NCBI RefSeq assembly: GCF_963921235.1
Contig: NC_086097.1
Span: 112,966,001-113,030,000 of the forward strand
Direction: 5' to 3'
From: Mobula hypostoma
Lineage: Eukaryota
DNA length: 64,000 nt
Made by a program: the position numbers and the translations under genes. Positions 36,535-49,508 of the stretch are shown one piece after another. Positions within the stretch are counted from its first letter, which is position 1. Every line of letters begins with the position of its first letter. The notes under the pieces were generated by a model. It was not told the DNA's origin, searched no databases, and saw only the letters and a program-made list of their open reading frames with translations.

Positions 36535-38742
36535 AGAAACATAGAAACATAGAAAATAGGTGCAGGAGTAGGCCATTCGGCCCTTCGAGCCTGCACCGCC
36601 ATTTATTATGATCATGGCTGATCATCCAACTCAGAACCCCGCCCCAGCCTTCCCTCCATACCCGCTGACCCCTGTAGCCACAAGGGCCATATCTAACTCC
36701 CTCTTAAACATAGCCAATGAACTGGCCTCAACAGTTTCCTGTGGCAGAGAATTCCACAGATTCACCACTCTCTGTGTGAAGAAGTTTTTCCTAATCTCGG
36801 TCCTAAAAGGCTTCCCCTCTATCCTTAAACTGTGACCCCTCGTTCTGGACTTCCTCAACATCGGGAACAATCTTCCTGCATCTAGCTTGTCCAATCCCTT
36901 TAGGATCTTATACGTTTCAATCAGATCCCCCCTCAATCTTCTAAATTCCAACGAGTACAAGCCCAGCTCATCCAGTCTTTCTTCATATGAAAGTCCTGCC
37001 ATCCCAGGAATCAATCTGGTGAACCTTCTTTGTACTCCCTCTATGGCAAAGATGTCTTTCCTCAGATTAGGGGACCAAAACTGCACACAATACTCCAGGT
37101 GTGGTCTCACCAAGGCCTTGTACAACTGCAGTAGTACCTCCCTGCTCCTGTACTCGAATCCTCTCACTATAAATGCCAGCATACCATTCGCCTTTTTCAC
37201 CGCCTGCTGTACCTGCATGCCCACTTTCAATGACTGGTGTATAATGACACCCAGGTCTCGTTGCACCTCCCTTTTTCCTAATCGGCCACCATTCAGATAA
37301 TAATCTGTTTTCCTATTTTTGCCACCAAAGTGGATAACTTCACATTTATCCACATTAAATTGCATCTGCCATGAGTTTGCCCACTCACCCAACCTATCCA
37401 AGTCACCCTGCATCCTCTTAGCATCCTCCTCACTGCTAACACTGCCGCCCAGCTTCGTGTCATCCGCAAACTTGGAGATGCTGCATTTAATTCCCTCATC
37501 CAAGTCATTAATATATATTGTAAAGAACTGGGGTCCCAGCACTGAGCCTTGCGGTACCCCACTAGTCACCGCCTGCCATTCTGAAAAGGTCCCGTTTATT
37601 CCCACTCTTTGCTTCCTGTCTGCTAACCAATTCTCCACCCACACCAATACCTTACCCCCAATACCGTGTGCTTTAAGTTTGCACACTAATCTCCTGTGTG
37701 GGACCTTGTCAAAAGCCTTTTGAAAATCCAAATATACCACATCCACTGGTTCTCCCCTATCCACTCTACTAGTTACATCCTCAAAAAATTCTATGAGATT
37801 TGTCAGACATGATTTTCCTTTCACAAATCCATGCTGACTTTGTCCGATCATTTCTCCGCTTTCCAAATGTGCTGTTATCACATCCTTGATAACTGACTCC
37901 AGCAGTTTCCCCACCACCGACGTTAGGCTAACCGGTCTATAATTCCCCGGTTTCTCTCTCCCTCCTTTTTTAAAAATTGGGGTTACATTAGCCACCCTCC
38001 AATCCTCAGGAACTAGTCCAGAATCTAACGAGTTTTGAAAAATTATCACTAATGCATCCACTATTTCTTGGGCTACTTCCTTAAGCACTCTAGGATGCAG
38101 ACCATCTGGCCCTGGGGATTTATCTGCCTTCAATCCCTTCAATTTACCTAACACCACTTCCCTACTAACATGTATTTCACTCAGTTCCTCCATCTCACTG
38201 GACCCTCTGTCCCTTACTATTTCTGGAAAATTATTTATGTCCTCTTTAGTGAAGACAGAACCAAAGTAATTATTCAATTGGTCTGCCATGTCCTTGCTCC
38301 CCATAATCAATTCACCTGTTTCTGTCTGCAGGGGACCTACATTTGTCTTTACCAGTCTTTTCCTTTTTACATATCTATAAAAGCTTTTACAGTCCGTTTT
38401 TATGTTCCCCGCCAGATTTCTCTCATAATCCTTTTTCCCCTTCCTAATTAAGCCCTTTGTCCTCCTCTGCTGAACTCTGAATTTCTCCCAGTCCTCAGGT
38501 GAGCCACTTTCTCTGGCTAATTTGTATGTTACTTCTTTGGAATTGATACTATCCCTAATTTCTCTTGTCAGCCACGGGTGCACTACCTTCCTTGATTTAT
38601 TCTTTTGCCAAACTGGGATGAACAATTGTTGTAGTTCATCCATGCAATCCTTAAATGCTTGCCATTGCATATCCACTGTCAATCCTTTAAGTGTCATTTG
38701 CCAGTCTATCTTAGCTAATTCATGTCTCATACCTTCAAAGTT
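36535..38742 (-). mobile_element. Young 5'-truncated CR1 LINE
   Basis: (tagaaaca)n tail, gaatt duplicated at 36530-36534 and 38743-38747, open RT frame; near-identical to 60780-63096. Confidence 0.97.
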
Positions 38743-38805
38743 GAATTGAAAAGGAATAGAAAGATAAGAGCCAAAACAGAAAAACGGGATAGTGCACTCA
38801 GACAT
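36631..38805 (-). CDS. Uninterrupted CR1 ORF2 fragment (reverse transcriptase and C-terminus, no endonuclease); first ~21 aa come from flanking DNA
   Basis: 724-aa ORF with KSPGPDG, NYRPVSLTS, YLDFQKAFDKVPH, GVPQGSVLGP, KFADD, RPHLEYC. Confidence 0.85.
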   Translation of the reverse strand: MSECTIPFFCFGSYLSIPFQFNFEGMRHELAKIDWQMTLKGLTVDMQWQAFKDCMDELQQLFIPVWQKNKSRKVVHPWLTREIRDSINSKEVTYKLARESGSPEDWEKFRVQQRRTKGLIRKGKKDYERNLAGNIKTDCKSFYRYVKRKRLVKTNVGPLQTETGELIMGSKDMADQLNNYFGSVFTKEDINNFPEIVRDRGSSEMEELSEIHVSREVVLGKLKGLKADKSPGPDGLHPRVLKEVAQEIVDALVIIFQNSLDSGLVPEDWRVANVTPIFKKGGREKPGNYRPVSLTSVVGKLLESVIKDVITAHLESGEMIGQSQHGFVKGKSCLTNLIEFFEDVTSRVDRGEPVDVVYLDFQKAFDKVPHRRLVCKLKAHGIGGKVLVWVENWLADRKQRVGINGTFSEWQAVTSGVPQGSVLGPQFFTIYINDLDEGIKCSISKFADDTKLGGSVSSEEDAKRMQGDLDRLGEWANSWQMQFNVDKCEVIHFGGKNRKTDYYLNGGRLGKREVQRDLGVIIHQSLKVGMQVQQAVKKANGMLAFIVRGFEYRSREVLLQLYKALVRPHLEYCVQFWSPNLRKDIFAIEGVQRRFTRLIPGMAGLSYEERLDELGLYSLEFRRLRGDLIETYKILKGLDKLDAGRLFPMLRKSRTRGHSLRIEGKPFRTEIRKNFFTQRVVNLWNSLPQETVEASSLAMFKRELDMALVATGVSGYGGKAGAGF

Positions 38806-39499
38806 CTCAGTCTGTATGGATGAGCCAGATTAAAGGGCTTGTTTCCAAAATGTGTGAAGAGACTCCAAGATGCTGTTAAACTGACATTTGTTAATAGCAC
38901 CCTCTTGAGAGAAGCATATACAAAAACAGAAGCCAGGCAGATTTAACATTAGTGAAAATGTCTACAGTTATATGGAAAGAATAGTCAAGAAAGTGATTTG
39001 GTTTGCAGTTAAAATATTGTGAAGAATTTGGTTTGGATTAGCATGTTCCTTATGCTATAATGTTGATTCATGTGAAGTTCTATGACGTGGTTTGCCTATT
39101 CCTTTGCTAATTAAGTCTTTTAATATTTAAACACTGCTTAATTCAAAAGAAGGATGAAAGGGAAAGCTATGTATGCTTAGGACAATTTATTCGACTACTA
39201 CACACATCAGGAAAACAAATGCAATTTTCTGTTTTGTTACTAGAAATTTATCTCCAGAAGTGTTTGTCCATTCATCTGCGAAAGTAATCTCAGGAGAAAA
39301 AGGATACATTTCCAAATGGGGCAACAGGTTCCATATATAATAACAAAAGAGAAACAGTTAGATAAAGAGCTTGATAACGAAAGTGGGAAACAGACTGAAT
39401 TTTTAAAAAGCCTGGAAGGGGAAATTGATAAAGGAAAAAAGACCAAAGAGGTGAAATGAGAACTGAGAGATAACATAAAGGACCCAGAAGGTCTTCAAC

Positions 39500-40135
39500 A
39501 GGAATATAAATTACCAGCAGACAGTCAGAGGAAAGTTAGAGCTGATCAGAGACCTAATTTGTGCCTGTTGCCAGAGGCTATGGCTAGAATATTTAATGAA
39601 TAGTTTATATCTGCTTCGCCTGAAAGAGGATGCTGCCAACATTTTTCACAAATGGGAGGTCATGGAGGTAAATAGTCAGGGTGGTAATTGATAAGAAGGA
39701 GCCCTAGAAAAGCCAGCTTTGTTTAAAGTAGATAATGCATTGTCCATATCCAGGTTACATCGTGGATTACCAAGAGGAGTGGGAGCAAAAATTTAAAACA
39801 GACTGGCTTTAAACTACTAATATTCCCTAGACAAAAGGCACAAATGACAGAGGTGAAGTTGGGTGTCTGGGACATGGAGGGAGTGATAGAGAAGAGTAAA
39901 GGGGGTGATGGTTGCAGCTACAGAATGGCAAATGTTACATCATTGTGCAGCGCAAATGGAAAAACAAACCTGGAAAGAGCAGGCCAGTTGGCTTAATTCT
40001 GTGTTGCAGATAACATTTTGAAAATAGGACTTATGAAAAAAAAATGGGGTGGAAAAGATATGGGGAGGTGGACATTGGTGTCTTCGTGGATCAGTGCTGG
40101 TTTTATTGTCATTTTTGATATCTATCTGAATGATC
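39500..40135 (+). mobile_element. Very old CR1-like RT relic
   Basis: Remnants gatgctgccaacatttttc..aaatgggagg and ggatcagtgctgg..ttgtcatttttga. Confidence 0.5.
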
Positions 40136-40289
40136 AAGACACCCAGCTTCCATTCTGTGGATTCTGTCTACAGTTCCCACTGACTTGGTAATGTAGCCAA
40201 CATAAGCAAAGACCCCTACCTACCCCCAATATTCCCTCTTCTCCCCAGTCCCCCATCGGGCAGAAGAAACAAGTCTGAAAACATGTACC

Positions 40290-41120
40290 ATCAAGCTCAA
40301 GTTCAAAGTTCAAAGCAAACTTATTATCAGAGCATAGATATGTCAATATATCTTACTCTGACATTCATTTTCTTCACAGTAGGACAAATACAACAGAATT
40401 TCTGAAAAACTACACACAAAAAACTGACAAACAAGAAATGTGAAAAAGAAGGCAAAATGAGCAAACACAAAAAATAATAAATAAACAAATACAAACATAC
40501 TGAGAACATGGGTTGAGAATTAGTTCAGAGTTAAGGTGAGTGGAGTTATCCATGCTGGTTTAGGGGCTGGATAGTTGTTGGGCAATAACTGTTCCTGAAC
40601 CCGCTGGTGTGGGACGTAAGGTTCCTGTACCTCCTTCTGATGGTCGCAGCAAGAAGAGAGCATGGCCTAGGTAGTGGTGTCCTTGACAATGGACGCTGCT
40701 CTCTGGTGGTCGCACGCCTTGCAGCTGTGCTCAATGGAGGAAAGGGCTTTCACTGTGATAGCTGTAGCCACCACTTTTCCAAGGTTTGTTTCCATTCCTG
40801 AGCATTGGTGTCTGATACCATGCTATGATGCAACCAGTTAGGATACTCTCCACCATGCAACCATAAAAGTTTGTTAAAGTTTTAGATGACATGCTGAATC
40901 TGTGCAAACTTCTAAGGAAGTAGAAGCACATCTTTGTAATGGCACTTCACTTATGTGCCGGCCCCAGGACACAACCTCTGAAATGGTAACACCAAAGAAT
41001 TTAAACTTACTGACCATTTCCACCTCCAGTTCCCTAAAGAGGACAGACTCATGGGCCTACGGTTTCTTCTTCCTGTAGTCAATTGTCAGCTCTTTGGTTT
41101 TACTGACATTGAGTAGTGGT
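40290..41120 (-). mobile_element. Rex/Babar-type 3' fragment
   Basis: LNVSKTKELTIDYRK, YFLRSLHRFSMS.KTLTNFY..VESILTGCI, RRYRNL..HTSGFRNSY. Confidence 0.85.
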
Positions 41121-41439
41121 TGTGGTCTGCCGCTGTGTATTGCCAGTACCATCTTGAAAGATCTTGAAGGGTAGTTTCTATTCCACGATAAAGTTACAGA
41201 ATTATTCCCTGGTACAATGTTATGGACTCTGCACTGCACTTTCTCTATAACTCTAATACTCCATTCTGCATTGTTGTTGTTTTCCATTGCAGTACACCAA
41301 ATGCACTTCTGTAAAGAAATGATCTGGATAGACGAAATGTAAAGCAGTTTTCCACTGCACTCCTGTTCACATGGCAGTAACAAAACAATTTACATGACTC
41401 TGCATGGTAACGTTTCAAAATTGATACCAAATACAAAAC

Positions 41440-41975
41440 TTTGATGTCTACTAAGCAGTGAGCAAAGCAGTAGGAGACTTTCGGAGGACACAGACTGGAA
41501 AAGAGAGAGCAATATTTAAATAAAGAAGTGCAGAGTAATACATTTTAGCAGGAGAAATGAGGCGACAAATCTAAAGGGAGCACGGGAACCACACAACCTG
41601 GGTATGTTGTAAATAAATCTTTAAATGTAACAAGGGATGTTCTGATTTAATTAGAACATATGGGAATCTAGACTTCTTAAGGGTATAGATTAAAAAAGGC
41701 ACTTCTGCTGAAGTTTTATAAAATGTCAGTAAGGCCACACAAATAGATTTATCCATTTAATTCTGGTCGCTGTATCTTATGGAGGATGCAAAAGGGCCTA
41801 CAGAGGATGCAAGAGATATTAACCAAAATAGTTTCAAGGCTGAGGGATTTTAATCATCAAGACAGATGGTAAGAATTGTTTGCTTTGCAAAATCATGGTT
41901 ATTTGGTAGGAAGAAACAATCTGTTTCAACAGAGTCAAAAGAGGCAAAGACCAGAGAAGAAAGATACAAAATTGA
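41440..41975 (+). mobile_element. Old CR1 3' relic
   Basis: aagtgcagagtaatacatttt (KC.V.HF), gtaaggccacac (VRP), ttctggtcgctg (FWS). Confidence 0.55.
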
Positions 41976-42565
41976 ACAGCCTCTTCCTTTCTGCAATCTG
42001 ATTTTGTAATGGACATTGAACCCCTGAACGCTACCTCACTACTTTTTAATCTCTACTTTTGCACTGCTTATTTAATTTAACTATTATACACACACACACA
42101 TTTATTTACTGTAATTCAATTTTTTCCCTATTATTATTATGTGTTCTATTGTACTGCTGCCATAAGAACAACAAATTTCACACGTGCCAGTGATATAAAA
42201 CCTGATTCTGATTCTGATGATTGACAAAAGTATCCACACACACAATATATTCCCTCTCCCTCTGTGTCTCTCTTTAGACCTTTCAGAAGGTCATGCCATC
42301 ATGTGGGTCCTGTTCGTGCTATGTCAGACTACAAAAGGAACGAACAGGACTTGGCCATGTACAATTTGACACAATTGTACTTCCTTTCCATTTCCATCTA
42401 CTTGTTCGTACCTGCTCAAATGACACTGGTGTTTTATCCTTGGCCCTAGAGGAAGATAAGAATATCGACTTGTGCGCTTGGGAAGGTTAATGCATGTCTG
42501 CATTTAGTGTTCCTACACTGGAAAAGTAATTGTGGTCATCATCTCTTAGCGTACAAGAACGTGAA

Positions 42566-42850
42566 GGGGCAGCACGGCAGCATAGCTGTTAGCATAATCA
42601 TTTTCCTGTGCCAATGATCATCGATTCCCACTGCTGTCTGTACATTCTCTCTCTGTGACTATGTGGGTTTCTTCCCGGGGCTCCAGTTTCCTCCCACATT
42701 CCAAAGACGATTAAGTTGTGGGCATGCTATGTTGGCACAGGAAGTGTGGCAACACTTAGGTGGCTGCCCACAGCACAATCCTCAGACTTACACAAAACTA
42801 TGCATTTCACTGTATGTTTCAATGTACATGTGACAAATAAAGCTAATCTT
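42566..42850 (+). mobile_element. V-SINE (HE1-like)
   Basis: ggggcagcacggcagcatagc head; gtgggtttcttcccggggctccagtttcctcccacattccaaagac V domain. Confidence 0.75.
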
Positions 42851-42879
42851 CTTCGTCTTTATTTATAATCTGGTGGCAT

Positions 42880-43770
42880 TACATCAGGTCACATTGACAT
42901 AGACCTGAATATTTACATATTCTATTAGCCCAACCAATCATCCTAAGCAAACAAAATACCACTGTCAGGCTCCAGCAGTGCAAGTACCTGTTAGGAACCT
43001 GTGCCAACCAACTGGCGAGAGAGTTCAAGGACATCTTCAGTCTCTCACTGCTGTAGTCGCGATTTCCCACCTGTTTCAAAAGGGTATCAATCATACCAGT
43101 GCTCAAGAAGAGCAGGGTGATCTGTCTCACAACTACTGTGATGAATTGCTTTGAGAATTTATTCTTGGCCAGAAACAAGGACCTAAAACCACTGCAATTT
43201 CCCTGTTGCCACAATAGGTACAATCTCACTGGCTCTCCACTCATCCTTAGACCACCTGGATAACAGCACACCTACATTAGCTTGTTGTTTATTGATTTTT
43301 GCTCGGCATTCCACACCAACACCTCCTCAGTACAAATCAACAAACTTCAAAACCTGGCCTCGTACCTGTCCCTGAAACTGGATCCTCGACTTTCGCACCG
43401 GGAGACCACTGCCATTGTGGATCGGAACTAACATCTCTTCCTCTCTGACAGCGCACCTCAGGGATGCGTTCTGAGCCCATAACACTACTCTCTAAACCCA
43501 TGACCATGTGGCTATGCACAGCTCAAACGCCATCTCGAAATTCAACAATGTTGTTGGTAGGATCTCTTCAAGAGATGTTGAGGACATCTTCAAAAGGTGA
43601 TATCAAAAAAACGCAGCATCCGTCATTAAGGATCCCCATCACCCAGAACATGCCCTCTTCTCATTGCTACCATCAATGAGGAAGTAGAGCAGCCTAAAGA
43701 CTGCTGCAGAACAACAAATTTTGTGACATACATCAGTGACGATAAATCTAATTCTGATTCTGATTCTAAA
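42880..43770 (+). mobile_element. Rex/Babar-type RT fragments
   Basis: CANQLA..FKDIF.LSL..FPTCFKR.SIIPV.KK; LRIPIT/PHHP C-terminal region; ctgattctgatt tail. Confidence 0.8.
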
Positions 43771-44599
43771 ACTCACATGCAACTTTTCCTCAATGGAAAA
43801 AAAATAGGAGTTTCAGCTGAGCTGAAACTATCTGGCCTGATACATCGGGTCTTCCTGACCTAACCCAACTAACTGTTGAACGAAAGCTTTTTTCATATGA
43901 TAAAAAAACTAAGAATTTTGTAGACATTTTGATGTTCCATGAAATATTGTATTAATGTATTTGGATGATACTAGGATTTGTTTTAAATTTTCATGCACAA
44001 ATGGATGCTGGAAGCTGAATTTCAAGCTTGCCATGCTCCAGAAGTTATGAGCTTCAGAAGGAAACAAGAAACCCAAATGTACTACATACCTCCATTTGGC
44101 ATTCTAAGCTGGTGTCCCCGCATTATACTTGCTTCCCTAGTAATTGTACAATTATTAGGAAAGACATTTAGAGAAGCAGATGCTAGAAATCTGTCTTGGC
44201 ATGTTCAGCATTTAAGGAATGAGTAGATGGGCCTCCTAGCTAACATCTCATAGAATTAAATAGCAGTCATGGCACACTATATTTACTCAAAAAGCAAAAC
44301 ATTATTAATATTGGAAATCCAAAATAAAATCTAAAATATTCAGCAGGTCAATCAGTATATACAGAGGGAAAGAGGAAAAAGTTAACATTGTAAATTAATG
44401 GCCTACTCAGTTCTGACAAAAGTTCATCAGTCAGAAAGCAACTCAGTTTCTCTTTCTCTGCAATTTTCTTATTAATGTTCAGTTGATAAATGAAAAGTAA
44501 AATACCATAAATTTCAGATATACTCGCTATTGCAGAAATTTGAGTTTCTCTTTCTCACTGTTCAAGCCCTTCCCAGGAAATGATGTAGGTCGTCAGCAC

Positions 44600-45025
44600 G
44601 AGCATTGTGGCATAAACTCTCAGGGTGGAGGAGCAACACTTTATATTCCGCCTGGGTGGCCTCCAGCCTGATGGCATGAATATTGATTTCTCCACCCTCT
44701 TCTTCTATTCCCCACTCTGGCCTTTGACCTCTTCTCACCTGCCTATCTTTTCCCCTAGGTCACCTCCTCCTTCTCTTTCTCCTATGGTCCACTCTCCTTT
44801 CCTATCAGATTCCTTCTTCTCCAGCCCTCTATCTTTCCCACCCACCTGGCTTCACCTATCACCTTCCAGCTATCCTCCTCCTCCTCCCATCCCCTTTTTA
44901 TTCTGGTGTCTTCCCCTTTCGTTTTCAGTCCTGAAGAAGGGTCTTGGCCTGAAATGTTGACTGTTTGTTCATTTCCAAGAATGCTGTCTGACCTGCTGAG
45001 TTCCACCAGCATTTTGTGTGTGTTA
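44600..45025 (+). mobile_element. PLE 3' fragment: GIY-YIG endonuclease C-terminus followed by terminal repeat with hammerhead motif (44926-44963)
   Basis: EEQHFIFRLGGLQPDGMNIDF, then cagtc-CTGAAGA-agggtcttggcct-GAAA-tgtt-gactg. Ties this hammerhead family to a PLE ORF. Confidence 0.8.
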
Positions 45026-45431
45026 CTTTGGCATAAGCTGTGCTTGTTTCTGATATTGAGCACGAACACAGGATGGAGACAGGGTCAGCAACAGTCAGTT
45101 TTGGAAGTACATGACATTCCAGACTCTACTCAGCAGTATGGAGTCCTTCCAGCATGCAACATAAACCTGCAAGGGAGCTGAAGGAGTCTGCCTCAGTCAC
45201 GAGTGCCAGGATGTCATGATGTTGCCTTCACCCAAAGGATAGAGTAGCTACCTGCGTGGAGCATCACATCACACAACATGTGCACAGCAAATACCACCAT
45301 AATGAAGATGAGCACTCCTATGCTCAGTCTTCAAGGGCCATAAAGGAATATTTCAATGAGGTGACAAACAGTGGTAGAGCAAACATAGGGGCTGGCTTCA
45401 ACAGGGTGAAAGCACACACACCTTGACAAAG

Positions 45432-45527
45432 GGTCCTGCCGAAGGGTCTCGGCCTGAAACGTCGACTGCACCTCTTCCTAGAGATGCTGCCTGGCCTGCT
45501 GCGTTCACCAGCAACTTCTATGTGTGT
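45432..45527 (+). mobile_element. 96-bp hammerhead-bearing insertion with 12-bp TSD
   Basis: accttgacaaag at 45420-45431 and 45528-45539; ggtc-CTGCCGA-agggtctcggcct-GAAA-cgtc-gactg (one core substitution). Confidence 0.85.
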
Positions 45528-46264
45528 ACCTTGACAAAGATTGATTTTGTGTCTGCATACTTGCTGAGCACTAGTGATGTGGGAGCCACCTGTGCATCCC
45601 TCAGCTGTCCTATCAAATGATGCACTGTACCTGTGTAAAGCCAGTCAGAGTCATAAACCCAAGTGCCAGCTAGATCTGAATCAACTCATTGCAGGCTGTA
45701 CAGTGGCTGTTCATTTACTGCTACTGTTAAAAGTGTGGTCATGCAGTCCTTGCGCCAACAGGTAAAATCCTAACAGGGTAATTCCCAACAGGGTGGAAGT
45801 AGCTGGCAGCATGCACCATCAAACCCAATGCCTTTTTAGACACTTGTGCTCTCTCATATAAAGGAACCTTATTGTCCAGTGGTCCCAGCGTCTTACAGAC
45901 TACACCCGTCTACTGATCCTCTTCTCCTTTGGAACTACATCCGAGCAACAGCAGCGTTGCCAAACCAGACGTGGAACGTTATAAATGCAGATGATCACTC
46001 TGAAGTGCGTAATGTCACTTCTAAAATACACCAGGTAACCTTGCGATGCGGGTACTATGAACAGACACAGAAGCAACGAAACAGTTCTGAGCTCTGAGAA
46101 CATATTGCACAGTTTGTTTCCTGTTGCCATTGTCGTCTCAGCTCAAGGGAAAGCATTAAACAGTTAAGCTGTAAAACCCACATTAAAATTGCTATAACTG
46201 AGTTATGAATATATTGAAATTTACAAACATTCTACTGCTGAGAAAAACACATCAACAAACGAAA

Positions 46265-46466
46265 CCACAAGAGATTCTGCAGATGCTGGAAACCCAGAGT
46301 AACAGGCACAAAGTACTGGAGGAGCTCAGCAGATCCAACAGCATCTATGGAGAGAAATAAAGAGTCAGTATTTCCGGCTAACTAATCCTGAAATATTGAC
46401 TCTTTATTCTTCTCCATAAATGCTACTTGCCCTGCTGAGTTCCTCCTGTGTTTTGAGTGAGTTACA
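46265..46466. repeat. Fold-back palindrome of two inverted PLE tails
   Basis: gagctcagcag...ctatggagagaaataaagagtcagtatttc / gaaatattgactctttattcttctccataaatgct...ctgctgagttc. Confidence 0.7.
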
Positions 46467-46632
46467 ACAAATGAAACCTCCTGGAGGTAGATACAGCTTA
46501 GTAACCATTGAATATAAGCTATTTCTGCCTTAAAATGCTATCACACTGGTGAAAAGAAGTCTATGTTATCAAATGAATTCCATCAATGAGATCCCACACT
46601 CATTGAGAAGTTTTGCATTAGAATTTATCACA

Positions 46633-46800
46633 TTATAGTTGTTTCAGCCAATCACGGCCCCACAATGCTTGTCCTCCTGTTTTTACCATGTACAAGCTCA
46701 ACATGACTTGTAGGTTGTCGTATTTCACTATCACAAATGTGATCCCCACAGGAGTTATCTTTTCTCCAGCATAAGTTCTGAGCTGGGTATCTGCAGGGTT
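46633..46800 (-). mobile_element. Isolated Gypsy protease-region fragment (different family)
   Basis: QLRTYAGEKITPVG..V.VKY....L.LYMVKTGG.ALWGRDWL. Confidence 0.7.
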
Positions 46801-47750
46801 AACATAGAACATAGAACATAGAATAGTACAGCACAGCACAGGCCCTTCGGCCCACAATGTTGTTCTGACCCTCAAACCCTGCCTCCCATATAATCCCTCC
46901 AACCTGAAATTCCTCCATATACCTGTCTAGTAGTCTCTTAAATTTCACTAGTGTATCTGCCTCCACCACTGACTCAGGCAGTGCATTCCACACACCAACC
47001 ACTCTCTGAGTGAAAAACCTTCCTCTAATATCCCCCATGAACTTCCCACCCCTTACCTTAAAGCCATGTCCTCTCGTATTGAGCAGTGGTGCCCTGGGGA
47101 AGAGACGCTGGCTATCCACTCTATCTATTCCTCTTAAAATCTTGTATATCTCTATCATTTCTCCTCTCATCCTCCTTCTCTCCAAGGAGTAAAGCCCTAG
47201 CTCCCTTAATCTCGGATCATAATCCATACTCTCTAAACCAGGCAGCATCCTGATAAACCTCCTCTATACCCTTTACAATGCTTCCACATCCTTCCTATAG
47301 TGAGGTGACCAGAACTGGACACAGTACTCCAAGTGTGGCCTAACCAGAGTTTTATAGAGCTGCATCATTACCTAGCGACTCTTAAACTCTATCCCTCGAC
47401 TTATGAAAGTTAACACCCCATAAGCTTTCTTAACTACCCTAGCTACCTGTGAGGCAACTTTCAGGGATCTTGTGGACATGTACCCCCAGATCCCTCTGCT
47501 CCTCCACACTACCAAGTATCCTGCCATTTAATTTGTACTCTGCCTTGGAGTTTGTCCTTCCAAAGTGTACCACCTCACACTTCTCTGGGTTGAACTCCAT
47601 CTACTACTTCTCAGCCCACTTCTGCATCCTATCAATGTCTCTCTGCAATCTTTGACAATCCTCTACACTATCCACAACACCACCAACCTTTGTGTTGTCT
47701 GCAAACTTGCCAATCCACCCTTCTACCCCCATATCCAGGTCGTTAATAAA
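46801..47750 (-). mobile_element. CR1 LINE 3' fragment
   Basis: (aacatag)n tail; KFADNTKVGG, RPHLEYC, ELGLYSLERRRMRG..FFTQRVV..WNALP. Confidence 0.92.
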
Positions 47751-49508
47751 AAAAAATTTAGGCTAGGAGCTCATTGATTAAACCATAGCCAAAAGCATGT
47801 TTGATTGAAAACACGTAGCTCCTTTGTAAAGGACAAAGCCACAGCAAACGTCAAAGCTGACCTGTGTCTTATATGTCTTGCTCGCTTTTAGAATTAGACA
47901 GCTACTGATAAGTATGCATTGTTGCCTGAAGGAAGCTTGAGGAAGCTTTCTTTTTCTTCTACTTGTCAAACATGACTCATTTTACAGCCTTCCCATTTTC
48001 ATTATATTTAGCTACTTATAGATTGAAGACTTTGAGTTTGCCATAACCATGTAATTAAATTGAAGTCTTCATAAGAATACTCTTTCAGTGCAGAATGAGA
48101 CTTTTTTTTAATCCAGAAGACCCCCTTGCTCCAGTGGAGATGAACTGGGCTTTGACAAGACAAAGGATATGCCTCAGAAGTGAAAAGCCAAAGCTCAAAC
48201 CAATCAGAGAAAATAATTTGCATAGAAGTGCGAATGATAAGAACAGAAACATGCCAAAACTGTTAACAACAACCGCTACCTTTTTCTATTCCTCAGTTTT
48301 TTCCCTTCTCACCACTTCTCTTCTCTCCTGCCCATCACTTTCATCTTGTTCCCCTCCTTCTTTTTCTTCCATGGTCCACTGTGCTCATCTAACAGATTTT
48401 TTTCTTCAGGCCTTTACTTCAGGACTATTTCCTGAAGTCGCATATGTTCTGTTCCAGAAAACCTGATTGGATGCTTTGATGGGGTAAAACTATACGTGAA
48501 AACTGATGAGAATGTATATTGGTGTGCTAAAACATTGTTCAGCCTGTCCCAAAGGTTGTCCAATGCATCAATGTGTACAGGAAATCAAACTCCACCCTTA
48601 CAGAGAAATTGGTGGAAAATCCTGTGCCCATTCTTTATAGCACACGGTAGCTGCAAGCTCCATTGCAGCTGCAAAATGACGCTGTGCTTTATAACAGATC
48701 TCTTAGTCAGTGCAGTACAGCCTGTGGCCACCCGGTGCTGCACTGGAAGCTCACACCACTGGCATTCAAGATCTCTTTGTTGCCAGGCCAGTCCCACTTA
48801 CTTTCATTTTGGCCAATTTTCTAATGTTACCATGTGTTTCAATGCTCTTCTACAACCTGTTCTGGCCTTGTGATCTGTATCATTGGGCATCTCAAGTTGA
48901 CACCATTGGCAGTTCCCTCATTATCATTCCACTGATCAGCTGACTCAGAAAAGTGTCACTTATGGTAAGATTATACATTTGGAAATAAGGCCAACTAGAT
49001 CCACAGCTGCCTTTGTTACTCTGCTTGCTTCTTCCTCAGCTTTGAATGAGCGCCATAATTCAGCTTGAAGAAGGCTCTGCTTAGAAACAATATACTCCAC
49101 ATAAGCACCCAGGGAGAAGTAAACAGGTGCAAAGAAAGTGCATAAAATTGGTTCATCAAAGAATAATTATCCTGGCAGGGGTGAAAAAGAGAGATCAAAT
49201 GCTTGTTTTCTTTTTTCAGGATTCAACATTCACTCAGACTCTCAATTTGTACCAGCCTCTTTCTCCCATATTTACTTGCACTTTGGAAACAATTTTTCCC
49301 CACATGGCAATTGAAGAACAAGCATTCTTGGGCCCATATTTCATCTGCAAATAGATCTATTCATACTTTACTGGCTTGTGAATGTAAAGAATACCCAAAA
49401 GAATATCAAGCATAGTTGCCAGGAGTTGTTTCCTTACATGGGATATTTTCCTAAGATATATAGAAAATTGGCACGAGGACTCACACTGGAGCCAAAGACG
49501 TCACATAA

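Noticed and set aside
36887..38749. Plus-strand ORFs over the young CR1 copies (also 61263-63224)
   Set aside because: Antisense shadow frames of the CR1 RT.
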